Source of the DNA: Pseudomonadota bacterium
Lineage (GTDB): Bacteria > Pseudomonadota > Gammaproteobacteria > Burkholderiales > Rhodocyclaceae
Length of the DNA: 64,000 nucleotides
Direction of reading: 5' to 3'
Assembly (NCBI GenBank): GCA_018241695.1
Contig: JAFEDH010000026.1
Coordinates: 26,302 to 90,301 of the forward strand
The notes beneath the pieces were generated by a model. The model made no database searches and was not told the origin of the DNA. It was given only the letters and a program-made list of their open reading frames with translations. Shown in pieces: positions 40,573 through 48,713 of the stretch. The stretch's first letter is position 1; each line of letters starts with the position of its first letter. The position numbers and the translations under genes are program-made.

Positions 40573-41088
40573 CTATCCGACCGCCATGCCATAGATTCCC
40601 CCCAGAAACAGCAGCAACACGGGCGGCAGCCGGCTGTAGCGGACAATTCCCAGGGTCAGGCCGGTAAGAATCCAGCCTGACAGGTCCTGATTGGCGCTAC
40701 GGGCGAGTATCCACGCCGTGGCGGTCACCAATCCGACCGTGAGCGGCAGCAATCCGGCCTGAATGCGGATGCGCCAGGGGTGCGCATGATGACGTTGCCA
40801 GATCTGCCCCACCGTATAGGCGAGCAGACCACTGGGCGCACAGAACGCGATTGTGGCGGTGATCGCACCGGAGGCTCCGGCGACCTGCCAGCCCACCAGG
40901 GTGAAGATCAGCAGGTTCGGTCCCGGCGCGCCCTGGGCGATGGCGAACAGATCGTTGAACGTTCGGACATCCATCCAGTGTTGTGCGATGACCAGGCGCT
41001 GCAGTTCGGGCATCACCGCACTGGCGCCACCGAAGGCCATCAAGCCCAGTGCGGCGATATGTACGGCGAGCAGGATCAGGGTGCTCAT
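40573..41088 (-). CDS. Chromate-ion-transporter (CHR) family short protein, second half of the pair
   Basis: Start at MSTLILLAVHIAALGLMAFGGASAVMPE (ATG 41088), ATGA overlap with the upstream half. The ORF-track longer form adds a non-coding-like N-terminus. Confidence 0.8.
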   Translation of the reverse strand: MSTLILLAVHIAALGLMAFGGASAVMPELQRLVIAQHWMDVRTFNDLFAIAQGAPGPNLLIFTLVGWQVAGASGAITATIAFCAPSGLLAYTVGQIWQRHHAHPWRIRIQAGLLPLTVGLVTATAWILARSANQDLSGWILTGLTLGIVRYSRLPPVLLLFLGGIYGMAVG

Positions 41089-41642
41089 TGTGGCCGGACG
41101 AGCAGAATGGAAAGAGGCGCCAGTACCGCCATCACTGGCAGCAGGGGCAGACGCAGAATGCCGACTGCGACGAAAGTGGCGAGCAGCATGGTGGTGCTGG
41201 CCAGGTGCCGGGTACGCTGCCCGGGGAGCGCTTGTCGCTGCCATAGCGGTCGCCCCAGGCGCAGCGCCATGTCCGCGATCAGCCCGGCCGCCACAGCGGC
41301 GATACCGGAAAGTGCTCGTGCCAGCATGGGCAATTCACCATAGCGGTCGTAGAGGATGCCCAGGCCGATGATGATGGCGACCGGCACCATGAGCAGGCCC
41401 AGCATGGCGGCGAGGGCTCCCGCCGCACCGCCGAAGCGATGCCCCACCAGAATGGAAAGATTGCCGATGTTGGGGCCGGGCAGGAACTGGCATAGCGCCA
41501 GCAGATCGGCAAATTCGCCATCCGCCAGCCAGCGGCGGCGATCCACCAGTTCCCGCCGTGCCCAGGGCAGGGCGCCGCCGAAAGCACGTAGCGAGATCGC
41601 CTGAAAGGCAAGATAAAGCTGGGGCAGTGTCGGGGAAGTCAT
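41085..41642 (-). CDS. Chromate-ion-transporter (CHR) family short protein, first half of the pair
   Basis: 185 aa. LRAFGGALPWARRELVDRRRWLADGEFADLLALCQFLPGPN is typical of the CHR domain. Confidence 0.8.
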   Translation of the reverse strand: MTSPTLPQLYLAFQAISLRAFGGALPWARRELVDRRRWLADGEFADLLALCQFLPGPNIGNLSILVGHRFGGAAGALAAMLGLLMVPVAIIIGLGILYDRYGELPMLARALSGIAAVAAGLIADMALRLGRPLWQRQALPGQRTRHLASTTMLLATFVAVGILRLPLLPVMAVLAPLSILLVRPQ

Positions 41643-41789
41643 GCCGATCCGGTGAGAGCTGATGCGGGTGCCGGTGCGTGGACGGGTTTGTGGTTAGAAG
41701 GTGTCGGCTGAATTATCACCGGTCCGGCCCTCCCGGGCTGGTAAAATGCGCCGTCTTTCCCTCTCCAGGGCCGCATTCGCGGTACCGCC

Positions 41790-43814
41790 ATGAATTCCCC
41801 CGCAGAACGTTTTGACCAGCTTGGTCTGTCGTCCCCTTTGTTGCAGGCGCTGGAAGCCCTCGGTTATGAAACACCGTCACCGATCCAGGCCGCCTGCATT
41901 CCCTACCTTCTCGCCGGGCGCGACCTGCTCGGCGAGGCCCAGACCGGCACCGGCAAGACCGCCGCATTTGCACTGCCTTTGCTGGAACGTATCGACCTCA
42001 CCTTGCGCCGACCCCAGGCCCTGGTGCTCGCACCGACCCGCGAACTCGCCATCCAGGTGGCCGAGGCGCTGCAAAGCTATGCCCGTTTCCTGCCCGGTTT
42101 CCATGTGCTTCCCGTGTACGGCGGTCAGAGCATGGTGGTGCAGCTACGCGGCCTGGAACGAGGCGCCCATGTGATCGTGGGCACGCCGGGGCGGGTCATG
42201 GATCACCTGGAACGCAAGAGCCTGACACTCGACGGCCTGCGGACGCTGGTGCTGGATGAGGCCGACGAGATGCTGCGCATGGGCTTCATCGATGATGTCG
42301 AGTGGATACTCGAACACACGCCCGCGAGCCGCCAGACCGCATTGTTTTCGGCCACCATGCCCGATGCGATCCGTCGCGTGGCGCGCACCCACCTGCGCGA
42401 GCCGGAGGAGGTGAAGATCCGGGCTGCAACCGCCACGACAACGACCATCCGCCAGCGCTACTGGCAGGTTTCGGGAGCGAGCAAGCTCGAAGCCCTGACC
42501 CGCATGCTGGAAGTGGAAGAGGATTTCGATGCGGCCATCATCTTCGTGCGTACCAAGACTTCCACCGTGGAACTCGCGGAGAAACTCGAAGCCCGCGGCT
42601 ACGGTGCCGCGGCGTTGAACGGAGACATGCAGCAGGCCCATCGCGAGCGGGTGATCGACCAGCTCAAGAACAGGACCCTGGACATCGTGGTGGCCACCGA
42701 CGTTGCCGCTCGCGGTATCGATGTACCCCGGGTCAGCCATGTCATCAATTACGATGTGCCCTACGACACCGAGGCCTATGTGCATCGCATCGGTCGTACC
42801 GGTCGCGCCGGTCGCGCCGGAAATGCGATTCTCTTCATCGCACCGCGCGAGCGACACATGCTGCGGGTGATCGAGCGGGCCACACGCCAGCCACTGGAAT
42901 CGATGCAGCTGCCCAGCACCGAAGCCGTGGCCGACCGTCGCGTGGCCCAGTTCAAGCGTCAGGTGGTGGAGGTGCTGGGCGCCGGAGATCTGGGATTTCT
43001 GGAGGACGTGGTGCGCCAGCTGGCCCGCGAACAAAGCGTAGACCCCATGCAGATCGCTGCGGCGCTGGCCTGGATGGCCCAGCGGGATCGCCCCCTGCTG
43101 GCGACCCCCGGTCGTGCCAGCCCCGACAGCACCAGCGTACCGGCACCCCGGCCGGCACCCGTGGCGACGCCTCTGGATCCCGACGATCCCTGGGCCGAGG
43201 CCCGTCACGCCAAGCAGGAACGCAAGGCGCGGGAACGTGCCGAGAAGGCGGTATCCACTCAGGCGTCTGTCAGTGCCACGTCCTGGCGTCGTGAACCGGC
43301 CGCCGCTCCCGCTGTGGTCACCGGCCCTTCCGGCAAGATGCGCTATCGCATCGCTGTGGGCCGGGAGGCAGGCGTCATGCCCAAGGATATCGTCGGTGCC
43401 ATCGCCAACGAGGCCGGCATCGAAAGTCGCCACATCGGCCAGATTGATCTGTTCGATCGCTACAGCACTGTGGAGCTGCCGGACTCCCTGGCTGCGGCAA
43501 CCCTGAGTTTGCTCAAGGGTATCCGCCTCAAGGGGCACCCCATGGATCTGCGCCCGATGGCTCCCGGGGAAGGTGAGCCCAAACGTCCTTTTCGCAAGGA
43601 CTGGGGACGCGAGGGAGGAAATCCTCCCCCCCGTTCTGGCCGGCCCGAAGGCGACCGGAAACCCTGGGGCGCACCCAAGGCAGAGTGGGGTGGCCGTGGC
43701 GAGCGTGGAGTGCGCGAGGGAAGTGGCCGCGGTGAGCGTCGCTTCGAGAGCCGCCCCGCACCGGCTGGCAACAAGTCGGCATTCGGTGACAAAAAGAAGT
43801 TCAGGCGTACCTGA
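41790..43814 (+). CDS. deaD: DEAD-box ATP-dependent RNA helicase (DeaD/CsdA-like) with Arg/Gly-rich C-terminal tail
   Basis: Q motif, AQTGTGKT, DEAD, SAT and HRIGRTGRAG, a DbpA-like RNA-binding region, and a basic RG-rich tail. Confidence 0.9.
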   Translation: MNSPAERFDQLGLSSPLLQALEALGYETPSPIQAACIPYLLAGRDLLGEAQTGTGKTAAFALPLLERIDLTLRRPQALVLAPTRELAIQVAEALQSYARFLPGFHVLPVYGGQSMVVQLRGLERGAHVIVGTPGRVMDHLERKSLTLDGLRTLVLDEADEMLRMGFIDDVEWILEHTPASRQTALFSATMPDAIRRVARTHLREPEEVKIRAATATTTTIRQRYWQVSGASKLEALTRMLEVEEDFDAAIIFVRTKTSTVELAEKLEARGYGAAALNGDMQQAHRERVIDQLKNRTLDIVVATDVAARGIDVPRVSHVINYDVPYDTEAYVHRIGRTGRAGRAGNAILFIAPRERHMLRVIERATRQPLESMQLPSTEAVADRRVAQFKRQVVEVLGAGDLGFLEDVVRQLAREQSVDPMQIAAALAWMAQRDRPLLATPGRASPDSTSVPAPRPAPVATPLDPDDPWAEARHAKQERKARERAEKAVSTQASVSATSWRREPAAAPAVVTGPSGKMRYRIAVGREAGVMPKDIVGAIANEAGIESRHIGQIDLFDRYSTVELPDSLAAATLSLLKGIRLKGHPMDLRPMAPGEGEPKRPFRKDWGREGGNPPPRSGRPEGDRKPWGAPKAEWGGRGERGVREGSGRGERRFESRPAPAGNKSAFGDKKKFRRT

Positions 43815-43837
43815 TCCCGGATACGGCCTTCTCTTCA

Positions 43838-43869
43838 ACGCCAGGCATAGCGCCTGGCGTTTTGTTTTT
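43838..43869 (+). terminator. Rho-independent terminator after deaD
   Basis: ACGCCAGGC-ATAGC-GCCTGGCGT followed by TTTGTTTTT. Confidence 0.8.
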
Positions 43870-44038
43870 GAGGAGCCGCCTGTCATTTTCTCTGCGGCCA
43901 CCTTCCGGGTCGGCAATGCCGGAGGGTAGCCCTCGATCCATGCGGATATGGATATGGCTTTCGGGGTGGGAAAGCGTCAGGGAATAAACCGGATGCGCAG
44001 CCGGTATAGGGAGACATGGCCCTCGCAAGGAAAACCCC

Positions 44039-44422
44039 ATGATCCGTTTGCCACCTTTGGCGCGGTTTGCACTTTTTGCCGCAGGCATGCTTTCGATGGC
44101 CCAGGCCATTGCCGGAGGAGATGCCGCAATGGGCCGTGCCTTGTATCAGGCGCGTTGCAGTGTTTGTCACTCTGTCGATTACAACGGTGTCGGGCCGGCA
44201 CACAAGGGCGTCTTCGGTCGTCGCATCGGCACCGCGCCGGATTTTGAGTATTCACCGGCATTGCGCAATGCGACCGGATACTGGACTGCCGAAAATCTCG
44301 ACCGATGGCTGACGGACCCTGAAAAATTCCTGCCGGGCCAGCGCATGAACTTCAGCCTTGAAAGCGCCCAGGACCGGGCGAATGTCATCGAATATCTGAA
44401 AAGTCTTTCCACACGGGAATAA
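44039..44422 (+). CDS. Class I c-type cytochrome (c2-like), exported
   Basis: 127 aa. Signal peptide, single CSVCHS haem site, distal Met in PGQRMNF. Confidence 0.8.
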   Translation: MIRLPPLARFALFAAGMLSMAQAIAGGDAAMGRALYQARCSVCHSVDYNGVGPAHKGVFGRRIGTAPDFEYSPALRNATGYWTAENLDRWLTDPEKFLPGQRMNFSLESAQDRANVIEYLKSLSTRE

Positions 44423-44491
44423 ATCATCACCGGGCGCGGTATTGATCTGCGGGACACAACCGGGGATGTCCCGGTCGAATCGGAGGAACAG

Positions 44492-45391
44492 ATGAACACC
44501 ATGAATCGCAGGGATTTTCTGAATCTGATGGCAGCGGGTGGCGGTGCCGTGTTCGCTTCCGGCCTGGCGGGATGTGCAGGCATGGCGTCCTCCGGAAAGG
44601 CAGCCCGCGAGGATTTTTATTTCGTCCAGATGTCAGACCTCCACTGGGGGTACAAGGGGCCTGACAATCCGGATGCGCTCATCACCCTGGGCAAGGCTGT
44701 TGATTCGGTCAATGCGCTCGACATGCCGCCTGAATTCATCATCTTTACCGGGGACATCACCCACACCACGGATGACCCCGCGGAGCGCAGGCGACGCATG
44801 CGCGAAGCGCGTGGAATCATTGCGGGGCTGAAAGTCCGGAAACTGTACTTCATGCCGGGGGAACATGATGCTTCCCTCGACCGGGGGGCCGCCTTCAAGG
44901 AGATATTCGGGGCGACGCATTATTCGTTCGAATACGACGGCATTCATTTCGTGGTGGTCGACAATGTCTCCGATCCGGGTGGAAAAATCGGGGACGAGCA
45001 GCTTTCCTGGCTGAAAGACGACCTTGGAAAGGTTTCGCCCGCCCTGCCCATTGTCGTGTTCACGCACCGGCCGCTTTTCGACCTCGTACCGAAGTGGGAC
45101 TGGGCGACACGCGATGGTGCGGAAGCCATCAAGATCCTCCTGCCCTACCCCAATGTGACCGTGTTCTACGGCCATATCCATCAGGAGCATCACCACATGA
45201 CCGGGCACATTGCGCACCATGCGGCAAAATCCCTGATCTTCCCCCTGCCTGCTCCGGGGTCGCAGGAAAAGCGCACTCCGCTGCCCTGGGATCCGGCGGC
45301 CCCCTATCGCGGGCTGGGCTTTCGCGAAGTGGATGCGACGCCCTCAACCGCGAGCTACGGAATCCATGAGTTCCCGGTGGTGCGGACATGA
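44492..45391 (+). CDS. Tat-exported lipoprotein of the calcineurin-like metallophosphoesterase family
   Basis: 299 aa. RRDFL twin-arginine motif and LAGC lipobox. Metallophosphoesterase motifs SDLH, TGDITH, GEHD (E in place of the usual N of GNHD), THRP, YGHIHQEH. Confidence 0.8.
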   Translation: MNTMNRRDFLNLMAAGGGAVFASGLAGCAGMASSGKAAREDFYFVQMSDLHWGYKGPDNPDALITLGKAVDSVNALDMPPEFIIFTGDITHTTDDPAERRRRMREARGIIAGLKVRKLYFMPGEHDASLDRGAAFKEIFGATHYSFEYDGIHFVVVDNVSDPGGKIGDEQLSWLKDDLGKVSPALPIVVFTHRPLFDLVPKWDWATRDGAEAIKILLPYPNVTVFYGHIHQEHHHMTGHIAHHAAKSLIFPLPAPGSQEKRTPLPWDPAAPYRGLGFREVDATPSTASYGIHEFPVVRT

Positions 45392-45774
45392 ACGCGTTGC
45401 CACGCAGGCAGGCGTTGAGGCAGATTGCCGGCTGGATGATGATCGTCGGCGCCGGTGTACCGTGCATCCGGCAGTTGCATGCCGAGGAAACGGCGGAACG
45501 GGTCATCGAGATCGAGGCGCGACGTTTCCAGTACACGCCTTCGCAGATCGTGGCCCGGCGCGGAGAAACGGTGACGCTGGCGGTCAGGGCCATCGATTTC
45601 ACCCATGGCTTCAGCCTGCCTGAACTCGGCACGAGGATCGACCTGATCCCGGGGCGGGTGGTCAAGCTGCGTCTGCAACTCACCCGGGCGGGACGCTTCA
45701 CGTACCTGTGCGACAATTTCTGTGGTGATGGACACGAGGGCATGAACGGCACGCTGATCGTGGAGGAGTCTTAG
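45388..45774 (+). CDS. Stand-alone cupredoxin with a complete CuA-type (cytochrome oxidase subunit II-like) ligand set
   Basis: 128 aa. RRQAL twin-arginine leader. DFTHGFSLPELGTRIDLIPGR...YLCDNFCGDGHEGM reproduces the COX2 pattern H...C-x3-C-x3-H-x2-M. 4-nt overlap with the metallophosphoesterase gene. Confidence 0.75.
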   Translation: MNALPRRQALRQIAGWMMIVGAGVPCIRQLHAEETAERVIEIEARRFQYTPSQIVARRGETVTLAVRAIDFTHGFSLPELGTRIDLIPGRVVKLRLQLTRAGRFTYLCDNFCGDGHEGMNGTLIVEES

Positions 45775-45792
45775 AAAACCGGATTGGTGACG

Positions 45793-46332
45793 ATGGCCAG
45801 GATGCAGGATTTCGATCGACTGGTGCTGCCGCATCTGCATGCGGCGGTTAACCTCGCGCGCTGGCTGGTGCATGACAGCCAGACTGCCGAAGATCTCGTG
45901 CAGGATGCCTTTTTGCGGGCGTTTCGTTATTTCGACCGGTTGCACAGCAATGACGCCAAGCCATGGCTTCTTGGCATCGTGCGCAACACCTGCTTCACCT
46001 GGCTTGAGGAACGACGGGCGAATCCCGCGCCGGTCGAGCTTGATCCGGAAATGGCCGAGAGCCTGCCCGCGCCTGCGGACGGGCTGGGCATTTCACCCGA
46101 GGCCTGGGTCGACAAGGAACGTCTGCGGCAACGTGTGGACGAGGCCATCACGGCACTGGCCCCGCTTTTCCGCGAGGTGGTGGTGTTGCGGGAACTGGAA
46201 GACCTGTCCTATGCGGAGATCGCGAAAATCGTCGATATCCCGATCGGAACCGTGATGTCCCGCTTGTCCAGGGCGCGGAGGGAATTGAGAAAAACCCTGA
46301 CCGATTTCAGGAGCACTGACTGCGATGGCTGA
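45793..46332 (+). CDS. ECF-type RNA polymerase sigma factor
   Basis: Region 2 (DLVQDAFLRAFRYFD) and region 4 (LSYAEIAKIVDIPIGTVMSRLSRAR). Start is ATG 45793 or 45802; the ORF track opens at TTG 45784. Confidence 0.85.
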   Translation: MARMQDFDRLVLPHLHAAVNLARWLVHDSQTAEDLVQDAFLRAFRYFDRLHSNDAKPWLLGIVRNTCFTWLEERRANPAPVELDPEMAESLPAPADGLGISPEAWVDKERLRQRVDEAITALAPLFREVVVLRELEDLSYAEIAKIVDIPIGTVMSRLSRARRELRKTLTDFRSTDCDG

Positions 46333-46981
46333 ATCAATGGATGACCGTGATGACGAACTGAGCCGTCTGGTCCGGGATCGGGCGACGCGCTATCGGGCGG
46401 GGCCGGCCCTCGAATCCTCGATCCGGGCGGAGTTGGCGCTCCAGGCGGCGTCCGTGCGTCCGCAAAGGCCGGCACCGGCGGGGCGCTGGCCAGGGTGGTC
46501 CCTGATGGGGATAGGCTTTGCCTGTGGTCTTGCCGTCAGCGTGGCGCTTCATTTCTGGATCGGCCGTGGCGCCACGGCCGATCAGCTTGAGGCCGAACTG
46601 GTGGATAGCCATGTCCGCGCGCTGATGGTCAGCCATCTGACCGACGTTGCCTCCACGGATCAGCACACGGTCAAACCCTGGTTTCAGGGCAGGGTGGATT
46701 ATTCGCCGCCGGTGAAAGATCTGGCTGCGGAAGGCTATCCACTGATCGGCGGGCGGCTTGACTATATCGAGGGGAGGGCAGTCGCCGCCTTGATTTACCG
46801 TCGCCACGGTCACTTCATCAATCTTTTCGTCTGGCCCGGACCTCCCGTCGGTACCCGGGAGACGAGCTCGCGTCAGGGCTATAACGTGATGCGCTGGGCT
46901 TCTGGCGGGATGACCTACGCCGCGGTGTCCGATCTCAATGACCAGGAACTGGGGGTGTTTGCGACTCTTTTGCGACAGTAA
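46325..46981 (+). CDS. Single-pass anti-sigma factor with periplasmic sensor domain
   Basis: 8-nt overlap with the sigma gene. About 56-aa cytoplasmic part, TM segment WSLMGIGFACGLAVSVALHFWI, and periplasmic HLTDVASTDQHTVKPWFQGRVDYSPPVKDL...GGRLDYIEGRAVAALIYRRHGHFINLFVWP, typical of anti-sigma partners. Confidence 0.65.
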   Translation: MAESMDDRDDELSRLVRDRATRYRAGPALESSIRAELALQAASVRPQRPAPAGRWPGWSLMGIGFACGLAVSVALHFWIGRGATADQLEAELVDSHVRALMVSHLTDVASTDQHTVKPWFQGRVDYSPPVKDLAAEGYPLIGGRLDYIEGRAVAALIYRRHGHFINLFVWPGPPVGTRETSSRQGYNVMRWASGGMTYAAVSDLNDQELGVFATLLRQ

Positions 46982-47017
46982 CCGGTGATGTGCCCGGGAT
47001 ACGGCCCGGGATGCACT

Positions 47018-47572
47018 TCAGAACATCGTGTCGCCGCTGGCCTTCACGTCGATGGCGGGCTCCACCAGATTCAAGAGCTTGCGCAGCATGCGCACCAGTT
47101 GCTCGACCTCGTCATGGTCCATGCCGGCGAGCATGCGGGTGTGGGTACCGATGATGGTTTCCAGGCAATCGCGGGCGGTTTTGTGACCTGCGGGGGTGAG
47201 TTCCACCAGCAGGGCACGGCGGTCGCTGGAGTCGCGTACCCGGTGCACCAGCCCCTGGTCTTCCAGGCGCTGCAGGGTTTTGGTCATCCCGCCCGGTGTT
47301 TGCAGTACCGATTCCGCCAGACTGGTGGGTGACAGCCGGTGGGGTGGGCCGGAAATCAGCAGACCACCGAGTACCAGCATTTCAGTATCGCCGAATTCGG
47401 GCATGACCCGGCTCAGCAGGATGGCATGGCTGCGCGCCAGGCGGTGGAGCAGAAACACCAGGATTCCTACCGTGGCGTCGGCATGGGTCAGCAGACCGCG
47501 CAGGGCCTCACGGACATTGATGGGTGTGCCTTCTTCATCGGAGGTAGGGGCGGAAGGGCTGGCTGTGCTCAT
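47018..47572 (-). CDS. MarR-family transcriptional regulator
   Basis: 184 aa. wHTH LSPTSLAESVLQTPGGMTKTLQRLEDQGLVHRVRDSSDRRALLVELTPAG. Confidence 0.85.
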   Translation of the reverse strand: MSTASPSAPTSDEEGTPINVREALRGLLTHADATVGILVFLLHRLARSHAILLSRVMPEFGDTEMLVLGGLLISGPPHRLSPTSLAESVLQTPGGMTKTLQRLEDQGLVHRVRDSSDRRALLVELTPAGHKTARDCLETIIGTHTRMLAGMDHDEVEQLVRMLRKLLNLVEPAIDVKASGDTMF

Positions 47573-47667
47573 CTGGATTCCTGGCGGTATTGCCTGTCTG
47601 GGTTGCGATGTCTTGATACCGGCAGCACCGGAGTCCCGGGTCGAACGACAAGGGCACAGGTGATTGA

Positions 47668-47685
47668 CCGGAAAATATATTCCGG
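47668..47685. promoter_or_regulatory. Candidate MarR operator palindrome
   Basis: CCGGAAAATATATTCCGG (16/18 self-complementary) in the 273-bp divergent MarR/SDR intergenic region. Confidence 0.4.
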
Positions 47686-47845
47686 ATTATATTTTAGGAA
47701 TGTTGATTCAAGGGAGTGAAACTTCCGATCTGCCCGGAATTTTAGCCCAGGCCACGGGAATCCCCTTGAATTCCACTGCATTTTGACTGTGCCAAGTGCT
47801 GTGGTACCACACAGTGCCTTCCACTCTTCTGACAGGAACACCACG

Positions 47846-48700
47846 ATGCCTCGTTCCGCTTTTATTACCGGCGCTGCCATGGGGATGGGCATGCTCATGG
47901 CGCGTGATCTTGCGCGCAGGGGCTGGCGTGTTTTCGCCGGCGTTGCGCCAGGGCTGGAAACCAGTGCGCTGACCGATGGCGTGGATCTCGCCGTGGTCGA
48001 GCAAGATGTATCCGATGAAGACTCGGTGGCAGGTAGCGCCGGGGTGGTGGCGGGGGTGCTGGCTGGCGCCGGTCTCGATCTGCTGATCAACAACGCGGGT
48101 GTCGCCGGCATCGCCACCGGCCCCATCGAGGGGGTGGACATGGCAGAGACCCGTCGCCTGTTCGAAATCAATACCTTTGGCCAGTTGCGCGTGGTCAGGC
48201 ATTTTCTGCCCATGCTCCACGAAAGCCGGCAGTCGCCGCGCATCATCAATTTCGCTTCCGGCGCGGTGCGCGTGCCCATGCCTTGTTCAGGCATCTACAA
48301 CATGTCCAAGTACGCAGTGGAGGGCCTGACCAATACCCTGCGCTATGAGCTGGCACCCTTCGGCATCCAGGCCACTTCCATCGAGCCAGGGGCAGTGAAG
48401 ACCCATATGACCGCCGATCCCGTCAGGAACACCGACCGCATCTGGGAGCAGGCCGCGCCGCATATCCGCCAGCGCTACGAAGCCAGGCTGCGGCCATGCA
48501 CCGAGAAGCTGGGGCGCAGCCTGATCGACTGCAACGATCCACAGTACATCGTGGACCGTGTGCTCGCCCTGGTGGATGTGCCACACCTGAAATCCCGCTA
48601 CACCATCGGCAAGGAAGCCAATATGCTGCCGCTGCTGCAATGGCTGCTGCCTGAATCGGCCTTCGAGAAAGCCATTGTCAAAAAATTCATGAATCCCTGA
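47846..48700 (+). CDS. Short-chain dehydrogenase/reductase (classical SDR)
   Basis: Start at MPRSAFITGAAMGMG (TGxxxGxG). NNAG motif and YNMSK (YxxxK). Confidence 0.85.
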   Translation: MPRSAFITGAAMGMGMLMARDLARRGWRVFAGVAPGLETSALTDGVDLAVVEQDVSDEDSVAGSAGVVAGVLAGAGLDLLINNAGVAGIATGPIEGVDMAETRRLFEINTFGQLRVVRHFLPMLHESRQSPRIINFASGAVRVPMPCSGIYNMSKYAVEGLTNTLRYELAPFGIQATSIEPGAVKTHMTADPVRNTDRIWEQAAPHIRQRYEARLRPCTEKLGRSLIDCNDPQYIVDRVLALVDVPHLKSRYTIGKEANMLPLLQWLLPESAFEKAIVKKFMNP

Positions 48701-48713
48701 CTGGAGAATCACC

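Noticed and set aside
42144-43916. 590-aa minus-strand ORF, and the 330-aa plus-strand alternative frame (42302-43294)
   Set aside because: Both overlap deaD, which has all DEAD-box motifs. The alternatives are Arg/Gly/Pro-rich frame artefacts.
43981-44007. ECF-type promoter (GGAAT-N16-CGGTAT) upstream of the cytochrome c gene
   Set aside because: The -10 region does not match the usual CGTC-type ECF element, and the ECF subgroup consensus is unknown to me. It is mentioned only as something TSS mapping could test.
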